NCBI GenBank assembly: GCA_963714095.1
Contig: OY970230.1
Coordinates: 134,206-198,205, forward strand
Direction: 5' to 3'
Length of the DNA: 64,000 nt
DNA from: Candidatus Gottesmanbacteria bacterium
GTDB lineage: Bacteria; Patescibacteriota; Microgenomatia; UBA10105; UBA927
A program made the position numbers and the translations under genes. The notes beneath the pieces were generated by a model. The model was not told the origin of the DNA. It saw nothing but the letters and a program-made list of their open reading frames with translations, and did not search any database. This document shows, one piece after another, positions 39,464 to 48,915 of this stretch (positions are counted from its first letter, which is position 1; each line of letters opens with the position of its first letter).

Positions 39464-40185
39464 AATAAATTCAGCAAATCAATAGCCTTATGATTTAATG
39501 GCTGATAATTATTTACAATAAACGCTTCACCATACGATGCTCCGATAGACTTTCCCCTAAATTCCGCAAGATGGAACAATTTAGTACGTAACCATTGCTC
39601 ATCAGCTCCATGCTCACCTTTCACTGATGCATACAATGAAAATGCTTCTATTTTTCTTTGGATATTTTGCTTCGACAATTCAGATACGAAATGGAAACTA
39701 AATATAGATGTCATCTCCAAATCAATCTCTCCCTGCAACACAACAGGCGCTTTCCATGTTTGTGTACCGCCACAGAGTTCACAGTCGCTTTGGAAATTAG
39801 CTTCAGGAACAATTTCTCCAAGCGTTCTATGGTCTATATGCTTATCTTCTGCATGATGTGTGATAATAACATCCGGTTGAACACGTCGAATCTCTTTAAT
39901 GGTTTTTTGAATAAGCAGTCCTTTGTCTTTTTGAAGACGCATGTCCTGAAGTTTTAGAAATTTCACGGAATAACCCAAATATTTACTGCTTTTAGTCGCT
40001 TCGCTCATTGCTCTATGGCGACGCGTGTTTTGCGTCTCCGTTTTAAAGTACGCCTGGTCATTCAGGGTGTAATAGGTTACGAAAACTTTATGACCGTGCT
40101 TCACGAGCTTATCCATCATCGCTCCGCACATGATCACTTCATCATCCGGATGTGCCACTAAAACAAGAATTTTCATAGATTGCAA
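39460..40185 (-). CDS. PIG-L/LmbE-family N-acetylglucosaminyl deacetylase
   Basis: VLVAHPDDEVIMCGA zinc-binding motif and downstream HHAEDKHIDH. Confidence 0.75.
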   Translation of the reverse strand: MQSMKILVLVAHPDDEVIMCGAMMDKLVKHGHKVFVTYYTLNDQAYFKTETQNTRRHRAMSEATKSSKYLGYSVKFLKLQDMRLQKDKGLLIQKTIKEIRRVQPDVIITHHAEDKHIDHRTLGEIVPEANFQSDCELCGGTQTWKAPVVLQGEIDLEMTSIFSFHFVSELSKQNIQRKIEAFSLYASVKGEHGADEQWLRTKLFHLAEFRGKSIGASYGEAFIVNNYQPLNHKAIDLLNLL

Positions 40186-40299
40186 TAACTAGAATATATT
40201 GCTAGGACGGGCTTATTATATCATTTTACTCAAATACACCTATAGAAACCAGTCTTAAAATAACAACTTCGGGGATACTTGCATTGAAACAGCCCACAA

Positions 40300-40572
40300 T
40301 CATTTATTCGAATCAAATGGCGCACTTATATTACATTCCTTACAAGACAAATAATATAAAACAGTGCCTGTAGGCATTGATTGACCAAATAATGGTCTGG
40401 TAACGGCATTTTTGATAGTAACTTCTAACGGGACACTTTTCGAACAATTTTCCAAATGAGGAAAATTGCCTCTCAATTCCTCTTGAGAATAAACAGCAAG
40501 ATTTGTTTTCCAAGAAAAACCTTCCTTTAAGAATTGTCCGATTACGTGAAGTTTATTGGTTATTTTTTCCAT
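40300..40572 (-). CDS. hypothetical small protein
   Basis: 90-aa ORF with no recognisable motifs. Sits between the LmbE gene and a methyltransferase gene on the same strand. Confidence 0.3.
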   Translation of the reverse strand: MEKITNKLHVIGQFLKEGFSWKTNLAVYSQEELRGNFPHLENCSKSVPLEVTIKNAVTRPLFGQSMPTGTVLYYLSCKECNISAPFDSNK

Positions 40573-40589
40573 AAATATTTTGTTTAAAA

Positions 40590-41348
40590 TTATATCCTCT
40601 TTGCAACCAGTACGATTCTATGTCGAGGAAGTTGAATACCCTTTTCTGTTTTGAATTTTACTACGTATTCTTTGAGCAACGCTCCGTCTTTTTCGGAATC
40701 AAAATCTTCAAAAATAGGCACTCCTTGTAAAAATTTGTCTACATCCTCATACGATGCATAATATTCGTCATAAAAATATTCCTGGGCGAAAACGATGTTA
40801 AATCCTGCGTCAATAAGTTTTTGTTTTTCCTTTTCTAACCTTGAAGTACTCCATGCCTTATATCCCTGCCCTCGCCCAAATACTTCTTTGATTGCCTGAC
40901 AATCCCTTTCACCTATATCAATTCCCACAAAATAGCCGTCTGGTTTCAATAATCGTTGAAACTCAAGATATGGTGTTGGTCCCCGGCGGGAAAAAATAAC
41001 ATCAAACGATCTATCAGAAAATGTTGTTCTTTGCGCGTCTTGAAGTTTAAATGTAAAATTTTTAACTACGAGTACCTTTTGTTTTTCTCCCGCAACTTTG
41101 AGTAATTCCTTGGATGTATCAATACCTGTAATCGATAAAAAAGACTTGGCGATTCCAAAGGAAAACTTGCCGTCTCCGCAACCCGCATCAAAAGCTTTTA
41201 TCTTGTTACCCGCTAAACCAAGGAGTTTTTCTTTGAAAACTTTTTCAGGATCTCCGGCTGGATATTCCGTACGGTAATCAACACGACCGGTACCAAAGGC
41301 ATATCCACCGAATTTCTTTGCAACTTTATCGTAAAAATTTGTGGTCAT
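40590..41348 (-). CDS. class I SAM-dependent methyltransferase
   Basis: Motif I KAFDAGCGDGKFSFGIA and motif II VIFSRRG. Confidence 0.65.
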   Translation of the reverse strand: MTTNFYDKVAKKFGGYAFGTGRVDYRTEYPAGDPEKVFKEKLLGLAGNKIKAFDAGCGDGKFSFGIAKSFLSITGIDTSKELLKVAGEKQKVLVVKNFTFKLQDAQRTTFSDRSFDVIFSRRGPTPYLEFQRLLKPDGYFVGIDIGERDCQAIKEVFGRGQGYKAWSTSRLEKEKQKLIDAGFNIVFAQEYFYDEYYASYEDVDKFLQGVPIFEDFDSEKDGALLKEYVVKFKTEKGIQLPRHRIVLVAKRI

Positions 41349-41381
41349 ACAGCTATTTTACCATTGAAGAAAGTAAATGTA

Positions 41382-42524
41382 TTAGCTTCTCTGTCTCAAG
41401 AACGCGGGGATATCAAATTCGTCTTCCTCCGGCGGCAATTCGTCGGCAGGAATCGGAGGCGTATTGCGCGGTTGTTGCGGCTGATTGGACGTCTGTGTCA
41501 CGCGCGTCGCCTGCGGCTGGGCCATTGTGCTGTAACTCGGCTGGCCGGAAAGCTCCCGTAATCGTTTCTTGGTTTCGTCAAATCCCGTTGCAATCACGGT
41601 GATTTTTACCTGATCAACCATATTCTGATCGATTGTTGCTCCGAAAATGATATTTGCGTCCGGATCAACGGCTGATGCAATTTGTTTGGCGGCTTCATCC
41701 ACTTCGGACATCGTGAGGTCCGGTCCGCCGGTAATGTTAAACAGAACCCCCTTCGCCCCTTCAATGGAAATCTCAAGAAGCGGCGAGGCGATCGCTGTAC
41801 GTGCAGCCGTGGCAGCACGGTTTTCCCCGACACCGGTCCCGATACCCATAAGGGAACTTCCTGCATTGGTCATAATGGTACGCACATCGGCGAAATCTAC
41901 ATTAATAAGGCCGGGCATCGTGATGAGGTCTGCAATTCCCTGCACACCCTGACCGAGAACCGAATCCGTCACGCGGAATGCGTCCAAAAGCGTCATTTTC
42001 TTATCAATCACCTCCATAAGCCGCTGGTTGGGAATGACGATAAGCGTATCAACCTTGTCTTTGAGATTCATGATGCCTTCTTCCGCGGTTACCATGCGGC
42101 GCGTTCCTTCAAAATGAAACGGTTTGGTAACGACCGCTACGGTAAGAGATCCTAATTCTTTGGCAATTTCGGCGATAATCGGCGTTGCGCCTGTCCCCGT
42201 ACCTCCCCCTTCACCGCAGGTCAAAAATACCATGTCGGCATCCCGCAGATATTCTTTCAGTTTTTCCCGCGATTCTTCCGCCGCTTGTTTCCCTATCTCT
42301 GGATCACCGCCTGCCCCCAGTCCTCGTGTCAAATTTTCTCCTATCTGTACTTTCGTTGCCGCCTGGCACGTCAATAGTGCCTGTGCGTCGGTATTGACGC
42401 CGATAAAATCTACACCGGTTATCTCATTCCCGACAACCATTGAATTAATGGCGTTGCATCCGCCGCCGCCGATACCGATGACCTTAATTTTTGCAAACCG
42501 GGCAATGTCAGGTTTTATGAGCAT
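41382..42524 (-). CDS. ftsZ: cell division GTPase FtsZ
   Basis: GGGTGTG tubulin signature ([15 protein letters not shown]) and conserved C-terminal peptide [10 protein letters not shown]. Confidence 0.95.
   Translation of the reverse strand: MLIKPDIARFAKIKVIGIGGGGCNAINSMVVGNEITGVDFIGVNTDAQALLTCQAATKVQIGENLTRGLGAGGDPEIGKQAAEESREKLKEYLRDADMVFLTCGEGGGTGTGATPIIAEIAKELGSLTVAVVTKPFHFEGTRRMVTAEEGIMNLKDKVDTLIVIPNQRLMEVIDKKMTLLDAFRVTDSVLGQGVQGIADLITMPGLINVDFADVRTIMTNAGSSLMGIGTGVGENRAATAARTAIASPLLEISIEGAKGVLFNITGGPDLTMSEVDEAAKQIASAVDPDANIIFGATIDQNMVDQVKITVIATGFDETKKRLRELSGQPSYSTMAQPQATRVTQTSNQPQQPRNTPPIPADELPPEEDEFDIPAFLRQRS
41383..41418. repeat. copy 3 of the ~36-nt repeated element (TAGCTTCTCTGTCTCAAGAACGCGGGGATATCAAAT); antisense to the last codons of ftsZ (..[10 protein letters not shown])
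   Basis: About 28/36 identical to copy 2 by eye. Overlaps the conserved FtsZ C-terminal peptide coding sequence. Confidence 0.5.
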
Positions 42525-42566
42525 AAAACTTTTGGGGGCAGAAGAAATAAATGCGCAGGTTTTTTA

Positions 42567-43871
42567 TCAGGGCATAAATGACTTTACCAGATCTATGAGC
42601 TTCCCTGCAAGTCCCTTAATTTGTACCTTCTCACCGATTTTTCCGAAACCAGCAAATTTCCAGCCTTGCTGGCCGGACTCTCCGGTAGCGCCGTATAAAA
42701 GAAGGCCGACACCGGTTGCATAGGCGGGAACCATAATTTCATCGACCAGCCCCGTAATTTTTTTGGGCTCGCCGATATGCACGGGCATCGCCAGATTTCT
42801 TCGTGCAGATTCAACCGCGCCGATCGTCTGGGCTCCCCCGCCCGTAAGAACGACCCCTGAAGGTGTCATACCGCCGAACCCGCTCCTTTTTATTTCAAGA
42901 CCGACCATGGTGAATATTTCATTTAAACGCGGCTTGATAATTCCCTCAATAAGGGTTTTTCTGGATAATATCCGAAGTTCTTCAGGCAAACCCAGCCCCG
43001 ATACATCCAACTCGTCGTTCTTTTCGCCTTTGGTCGCTTTCAGTGGTGCAATATTTTCCTCAGGAATTGCAGGATTCCGCGGAACTGTCCCTAAAAGAAG
43101 CTTAATTTTTTCAGCACTCTCCAGCGATACGCGCAGACCCGCTGCCAAATCCTTGGTGATATTGATGGCGCCAATCGGAATAACAGATGAATATGACAGT
43201 GCCCCTTCCACAAAAATCGCCACGTCCGTTGTGCCTCCGCCGATATCGATAAGAACGACACCTAATTCCTTTTCCGTATCCGTAATCGTAGCGATAGCGG
43301 AGGCCAGTCCCCCGAATACCATGCCCACAACTTCGACACCAAGCTCTTCCACACACTTGCGCAAGTTTCGCAGTGCCGTCGCGCCCCCCGTCACCAAATG
43401 CGTGTCAACTTCCAGTCTTACGCCGGTCATGCCGATGGGATCCACGACACCCTCCTGACTGTCTACGACATACCCGCGCGGAAGCACATGAAGTATTTCA
43501 CGCGAGGAAGGCAATGATACCGCCTTTGCCGCTTCGATTACCCTCCTGACATCATTTTCTGATATTTCCTTATCAGGTTCAGAAACCGCGACAACTCCGT
43601 GCGAATTTTGTGATGCAATATGGGCTCCACCGACGGACAAAAATGCACGGCCTACCTGAGTCCCGGCCATGCGTTCTGCCGCCTCAAGCGATTGGGAAAT
43701 TGCAACCGTTGCTTCCTCGATATTGACAACCTGTCCCTTCCTGATGCCGCGGCTGTTTACGGTTGAAACGCCGATGACGCGAGCATCCCCCTCCTCAGGA
43801 ACAGTTGCAATGAGGGTCGTTATCTTACTGGTCCCGACATCAATGCCGGATACTATGTGGTCTCGCGCCAT
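42567..43871 (-). CDS. ftsA: cell division protein FtsA (actin-like ATPase)
   Basis: Actin/Hsp70 fold motifs (VGIDVGTSKI, DIGGGTTDVAIF), 434 aa, immediately upstream of ftsZ. Confidence 0.9.
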   Translation of the reverse strand: MARDHIVSGIDVGTSKITTLIATVPEEGDARVIGVSTVNSRGIRKGQVVNIEEATVAISQSLEAAERMAGTQVGRAFLSVGGAHIASQNSHGVVAVSEPDKEISENDVRRVIEAAKAVSLPSSREILHVLPRGYVVDSQEGVVDPIGMTGVRLEVDTHLVTGGATALRNLRKCVEELGVEVVGMVFGGLASAIATITDTEKELGVVLIDIGGGTTDVAIFVEGALSYSSVIPIGAINITKDLAAGLRVSLESAEKIKLLLGTVPRNPAIPEENIAPLKATKGEKNDELDVSGLGLPEELRILSRKTLIEGIIKPRLNEIFTMVGLEIKRSGFGGMTPSGVVLTGGGAQTIGAVESARRNLAMPVHIGEPKKITGLVDEIMVPAYATGVGLLLYGATGESGQQGWKFAGFGKIGEKVQIKGLAGKLIDLVKSFMP

Positions 43872-43875
43872 AAAA

Positions 43876-44577
43876 CTAAAATTTTATTATCGGTTTGTTA
43901 AAACGTAGGTCGATATACGTGGGCAACGTACCTTTTATTCTAAACCCCGAAAGAAGTGTTTGTAAAGTAGCCAGTGTAGAGCTCATATCCCCGTCCTGAG
44001 AAAAGAGTATATCGAGAGAATTGCTTTTAGCGCGGAGTGACTGCTCATCTTCAACGCTTACCGTCTGAATAGGGACTATGTTTTGCATCCCTGTAATAAA
44101 AGAAATACCCGCAGTCACCCTGCTGTCACGTATCGTTTCCCCAATCCGAACGGCCGCGAGAGGTACGATAATACTCGGAAGAGGTGGGGATTGACTATCC
44201 GCATCCGCAAGAACAACTGCAGACTCATCCAGCAACACCTCCCGTCCGGTGAGAATTAAACGAACAACGGCAGCGCGCAGAGTCGGCACGATCACCAGCG
44301 TATGAGGATATTTTTTTTGAAATTGAATATCGGCAAGTATCGGGTTATCCGCCAACAGCTGCGCCCGGATCTTCGCAGACGGAAATAATAAGAGAGTTTT
44401 CGGTAGCCGCCTCTGGTTTATCTGAACCTGAATATTATTTCCTATGACGACAATATTCTTTATGGAAAACGCCGATATACAAACCCACCAGACGACACCG
44501 GAAAACAGACAAAAAAGAAGGAAATACCCGACAATCTTACCGAATTTCCGCCAAAAAATTGCCTGTTTGGGTTTCAT
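43876..44577 (-). CDS. ftsQ: FtsQ/DivIB-like division protein (TM plus POTRA)
   Basis: N-terminal TM helix and a 233-aa periplasmic part. Positioned between murG and ftsA. Confidence 0.55.
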   Translation of the reverse strand: MKPKQAIFWRKFGKIVGYFLLFCLFSGVVWWVCISAFSIKNIVVIGNNIQVQINQRRLPKTLLLFPSAKIRAQLLADNPILADIQFQKKYPHTLVIVPTLRAAVVRLILTGREVLLDESAVVLADADSQSPPLPSIIVPLAAVRIGETIRDSRVTAGISFITGMQNIVPIQTVSVEDEQSLRAKSNSLDILFSQDGDMSSTLATLQTLLSGFRIKGTLPTYIDLRFNKPIIKF

Positions 44578-45698
44578 GCCGTTTTAAGAAGAATGTGTTC
44601 GATTTCGACCATTACTCTCTCTGCACCGTTCCGCGGAATGTGCTCTGCACATGCATCTGCCTGTGCCTGAAGCGACTTGATGTTTACCCATACATCATCG
44701 ATCTTTCGCTCCAGGAGGTCTGAAGTTAATTCCCGTTGCGTAAGAACAACTGCGCCGCCGTTTCTCGCGAGCCACTCGGCATTTGCCTGCTGTTCCCCCC
44801 CGCCAGCCCAAGGAAGAGGCACAAAGAGTGCAACTTTACCAAGCGCCGCCAGCTCCAGGACTGTATTGGCTCCGGATCTACCGACGATAAATACCGCGCG
44901 TGATAACACCCATGACAACACAGGGAGAGGAATATATGACCGGACAATATACCGGTCTTTATATTCATCCGGAAGTGCCATGCGGATATTTTGTGCTTCA
45001 GCAAGGGACATATCCCCCACCTGATGAACGATCGAGTAACGCTGTAACAAATGCGGCAGTATAGGATACAACAGCCGGTTTATTGATTGCGCGCCGGTTC
45101 CGCCGCCTGTAATATACAGCAGGGGGAACCGTTTGGTATCGGGGGCAAACGGTGCTGTTTTTGGCGGGCTGAACAACCCTCTGCGCATCGGCAGACCTGT
45201 GTAAACGGCTTTCCCTTTCGGAAGTCGGCCTACGACTTCAGGAAATGTCACACAGACACGATTCGCGATACGGGCAATAATTCTATTGGCCAGTCCGACA
45301 ACCAACGTTTGCTCATGGGTAATAACGGGTACCCGACAAAGCCAGCCGGCAATTGCCACAGGCAGTGCAACATATCCGCCGAAACTTACAATCAGGGACG
45401 GTCTTTCCCGAAGACAATAGACGTATGCCTGCGTAAAACCGACGGGAACCTTAAGAATAGACGGAATGGTTTGCAGGGTAAATTGCCGCTGCAGTCTTCC
45501 TGCCGTGATTGGTACAAACCGGATGCCTTTTTGGTGAATGAGTTGATATTCAAATGAAGGCACATGGCTTCCCTCAATCGCGCTGCGCCTGCCGATAAAA
45601 ACCATGTCAATGTCTTTTTCTCCTTTCAACGCATCGATAAGGGCGAGCGCGGGCGTAATATGTCCGCCGCAAATGACAATGGTACGTTTATTTTTCAT
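44574..45698 (-). CDS. murG: UDP-GlcNAc:undecaprenyl-PP-MurNAc-pentapeptide GlcNAc transferase
   Basis: N-terminal ICGGHITPALALIDAL, GT28 fold, dcw context. Confidence 0.85.
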   Translation of the reverse strand: MKNKRTIVICGGHITPALALIDALKGEKDIDMVFIGRRSAIEGSHVPSFEYQLIHQKGIRFVPITAGRLQRQFTLQTIPSILKVPVGFTQAYVYCLRERPSLIVSFGGYVALPVAIAGWLCRVPVITHEQTLVVGLANRIIARIANRVCVTFPEVVGRLPKGKAVYTGLPMRRGLFSPPKTAPFAPDTKRFPLLYITGGGTGAQSINRLLYPILPHLLQRYSIVHQVGDMSLAEAQNIRMALPDEYKDRYIVRSYIPLPVLSWVLSRAVFIVGRSGANTVLELAALGKVALFVPLPWAGGGEQQANAEWLARNGGAVVLTQRELTSDLLERKIDDVWVNIKSLQAQADACAEHIPRNGAERVMVEIEHILLKTA

Positions 45699-46786
45699 GC
45701 TACTTTACTTATATTTAATAATATCCCAACCGCAGCCAACATAATAATAAGACTGGATCCGCCGTATGAAACAAACGGAAGCGGAACACCGGTAAGCGGC
45801 ATAAGCGCTACCATAGCCGAGAGATTAATAATGGTTTGCACCGAAATCCATGCAGTAATGCCAATTGCCAATAACCTCCCGAACCCGTCGCGGGCCCGAT
45901 TTGCAATGCGAAACCCCCGCCATGAGGCGAAGACAAACATAAGAATAACTGCGACACCCCCGATGAATCCCGTTTCCTCCCCGATAATTGCAAATATCGA
46001 ATCCGTATTTGCCTCAGGAAGATATTCATATTTCTGCCGTGATTGTCCGATGCCTACGCCGGTCAATCCGCCGGACCCCAAACCTAAGAGTACCTGCCGG
46101 ATATGATACGAGGAACCAAGCGGGTCTTCTTCCGGATGCAAAAACGTCGTGAGTCTCGCCATCCGGTACGGGGAAATAATCGCAAGACCGACAATCCCGA
46201 GGATTAAAACCGGTATGATGACGGCAAAATGCATGACCGGCGCCCCTGATGCAAAGTATAAAATCAATGCAATTAAAACGATAATAACGCTTGTTCCTAA
46301 ATCCGGCTCCAGAAGGACCAGTCCCACAACCATGGAAACCAGCAGTGCAAATGCCCTGAGCCTTCCCCTCTCGCGGACCGAAAACCACGCTGAGAGATAT
46401 ATGACCAGTGCCAGTTTGGCAAACTCCGCCGGCTGCAAAACAAAAAACCCGAAATTAATCCACCTGTGCGCCCCCAGTGCCGCAACGCCGATGCCGGGCA
46501 AAAAAACAGCCAAGAGTAATACTATCGTTCCCAAGAGTATCGGTAAGGCAATGTTATACCACCAGTGGTAATCAACAAAAGAAAAAATAGTGAGTAGTAC
46601 GAAACCGGCTGCCAACCATTTCAGCTGATCCCTGAGGTAATAGTATTGGTTGCCGAAATCCCGTATGGCGATAGCGACCGATGAATCATAAACCATAAGA
46701 ATTCCGAACAACGAAAGACCTACGACCGCCAGCAGCATCCACCGGTCCGCAGGACGGTTCTTCAATTTAAAGAAGGGAAACTTCAT
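45695..46786 (-). CDS. ftsW: SEDS-family lipid II flippase/peptidoglycan polymerase FtsW
   Basis: SEDS signature LMPLTGVPLPFVSYGGSS. The track ORF starts at 46906, but the internal ATG at 46786 (MKFPFFKL...) avoids a 140-nt overlap with murD. Confidence 0.8.
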   Translation of the reverse strand: MKFPFFKLKNRPADRWMLLAVVGLSLFGILMVYDSSVAIAIRDFGNQYYYLRDQLKWLAAGFVLLTIFSFVDYHWWYNIALPILLGTIVLLLAVFLPGIGVAALGAHRWINFGFFVLQPAEFAKLALVIYLSAWFSVRERGRLRAFALLVSMVVGLVLLEPDLGTSVIIVLIALILYFASGAPVMHFAVIIPVLILGIVGLAIISPYRMARLTTFLHPEEDPLGSSYHIRQVLLGLGSGGLTGVGIGQSRQKYEYLPEANTDSIFAIIGEETGFIGGVAVILMFVFASWRGFRIANRARDGFGRLLAIGITAWISVQTIINLSAMVALMPLTGVPLPFVSYGGSSLIIMLAAVGILLNISKVA

Positions 46787-48161
46787 GTTTAAATAATTTG
46801 CCGCGCTCTTTGTAGTTTTTAAACATATCAAAGGATGCACATGCCGGAGAAAGCAGTACCACATCTCCGGAGGCGGCCTCACGTTGAGCAGAAACGACAA
46901 TCTCATGCATTGAACCGGCGCCCGTGAGGATTTTTCCCCTAAACCCGGCGTCTTTCACAGCTTTTACGATTCTCCCGGTCATTCGGCCGACGGCAATAAG
47001 TACTTTTACCGGGTGAGTAGCAATTTCCTTCCCCAACTGGGTAAAATCCGATCCTTTTTCCGATCCGCCTGCTATCAGTACGATGGGCTGGGTAAATGAT
47101 TCTATCGCCGCGATTGCGGTTTCGGGAACGGTCGAAAATGAATCGTTGATATACAGCACTCCGCGAACCGCCCGGACTGTCTCCAACCGGTGTTCCAATC
47201 CTTCAAACGCAGTTGCGGCCGTCACAATCGATTCCCAACATACTCCTGCCGCGCGGGCCGCAAGCGCAGCCGCGGCAATATTATCGAGATTGTGAATACC
47301 ACGGAGTTTAATTTCAGACATGGAACAAATCTTGTGAACAGATTCTCCCTCACGGACGTAAACGGTCTGGTCGTCTATGTACGCATTGGCGGTTTTCTGA
47401 AATCGGCTAAAATAGCAGACCCGCGCCGGTGTGTCATCGGCAAACGAACTACTTGTCGGGTCATCTGCATTTAAAATAGCAACGTCTGTTTTTTTCTGAT
47501 AACGGACAATGGATTTTTTTGCTTCCACGTAATCCTGCCGGGATACATGGAAATTTGAAGCAAGTTTGTCCTGATTGGCTAGATGTTCCTGAGTGGTTTT
47601 AAGTACCACTGCAATATGGGGGCTGGTCCGGCAGTCCTCCAATTGAAATGAGGATAATTCTAAAACAACAACGTCCGATGGCTTTATCATTCTCACCTTC
47701 GACAGCAGCGGTGTACCGACGTTCCCACCTAGCCAAACCGTTTTCCCGTCAGCTTCCAGCATATGCGCGATGAGTGTACTGGTTGTACCTTTCCCTTTTG
47801 TACCTGTCACTCCGATAACCGGCGCCGCGCATAAAGAAAAAAACAGTTTTGTTTGGCTGGTAATATTTTTTCCTTTTCTTTGAAGCGAAACGAGTTGGGG
47901 TAAATGCAATGACATGCCGGGCGTACGTACAATCATGTCAAATCTTTCCAAATGTTCCAAATACGTTTTTCCCAGCTGGAACCCGGCAGCAAGCGGCGCC
48001 AACTGATCAAAGGTATCTCCGAGCTCATCCTTATCTCTCCTGTCGCAGCAGCAAATACGCGCGCCTTCGCTACGGAAAAAAAGAACGGAATCCATACCTT
48101 CAACCGACAAGCCTAAAATCGCAACAGTTTTGCCTTTATAATGCTGCATATCGTACCTCAA
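46767..48161 (-). CDS. murD: UDP-N-acetylmuramoylalanine--D-glutamate ligase
   Basis: N-terminal Rossmann VAILGLSVEGMDSV and Mur-ligase P-loop GVTGTKGKGTTSTL. Confidence 0.85.
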   Translation of the reverse strand: MRYDMQHYKGKTVAILGLSVEGMDSVLFFRSEGARICCCDRRDKDELGDTFDQLAPLAAGFQLGKTYLEHLERFDMIVRTPGMSLHLPQLVSLQRKGKNITSQTKLFFSLCAAPVIGVTGTKGKGTTSTLIAHMLEADGKTVWLGGNVGTPLLSKVRMIKPSDVVVLELSSFQLEDCRTSPHIAVVLKTTQEHLANQDKLASNFHVSRQDYVEAKKSIVRYQKKTDVAILNADDPTSSSFADDTPARVCYFSRFQKTANAYIDDQTVYVREGESVHKICSMSEIKLRGIHNLDNIAAAALAARAAGVCWESIVTAATAFEGLEHRLETVRAVRGVLYINDSFSTVPETAIAAIESFTQPIVLIAGGSEKGSDFTQLGKEIATHPVKVLIAVGRMTGRIVKAVKDAGFRGKILTGAGSMHEIVVSAQREAASGDVVLLSPACASFDMFKNYKERGKLFKHEVSLL

Positions 48162-48915
48162 CAGATATCCCTGCTAATGTTGACGCGATATCGGATGCTT
48201 TCCCCCATTCCCGTGTTGAATAAAATGTGTGGGTGCTACTCCGATCGGAGGACCGGATGTGATTTCGTTCCAGTATCCGGCCCACATGCCGCGCCACAGC
48301 CCCACCTGAATCCAAAATCGCAATATCTTCCCCTACTATAGCACGGATTTGATCCCTCAAAAATGGATAGTGCGTACACCCCAAGGCTATAACATCAGTT
48401 CCGCTTCTAACTGCAGGAGTCAGAACTATCCGCAGTTCTTTTTCAATGACTGCACCCCGCAATTTTGCTTTCTCAACAAATGACACAAGGTTGGGGCATC
48501 CGAGATTGTACACACGGCAGCCGCCGGCAAATTTACGGATAAGCCGTTTCTGATAGATACTGCGAGCAGTAAAGCTCGTAGACAAAATAATGATTTTTTT
48601 CGTTTTTGATACTTCGGCAGCAGTCTTAACCACCGGGACAACGCCTATAATGGGAACGCCGGGAAACCAGCGGCGATACTGGTCAATACCTGCAACGGTC
48701 GCCGTGTTACATGCAATGACAATAAGCTTCGCCTGTTTTTCAATAAGAAATTGTATCAATTTTTTAATGCGCCGGCGGATGGCAACCCGCGTTTTGGTAC
48801 CGTACGGGAGATATGCATGGTCACCTATGTAGACGGTTGATTCATTCGGCAGAAGCGCCGTAATGCACCGATACACTGATAACCCCCCAAAACCGGAGTC
48901 CAATATTCCTATCAT
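48136..48915 (-). CDS. murI: glutamate racemase
   Basis: MIGILDSGFGGLSVY, plus CNTATV and GCTHYP catalytic Cys motifs. Start set at ATG 48915 (ATGA overlap with the mraY stop); the 120-codon Cys-rich N-terminal extension in the track ORF is rejected. Confidence 0.8.
   Translation of the reverse strand: MIGILDSGFGGLSVYRCITALLPNESTVYIGDHAYLPYGTKTRVAIRRRIKKLIQFLIEKQAKLIVIACNTATVAGIDQYRRWFPGVPIIGVVPVVKTAAEVSKTKKIIILSTSFTARSIYQKRLIRKFAGGCRVYNLGCPNLVSFVEKAKLRGAVIEKELRIVLTPAVRSGTDVIALGCTHYPFLRDQIRAIVGEDIAILDSGGAVARHVGRILERNHIRSSDRSSTHTFYSTREWGKASDIASTLAGISVEVRYAAL

Noticed and set aside
41318-42723. Plus-strand ORFs of 94, 65, 101, 157, 199 and 70 aa opposite ftsZ/ftsA
   Set aside because: They are antisense to highly conserved ftsZ/ftsA coding sequence, Pro/Ser/Arg-rich, and consistent with GC-skewed antisense frames.
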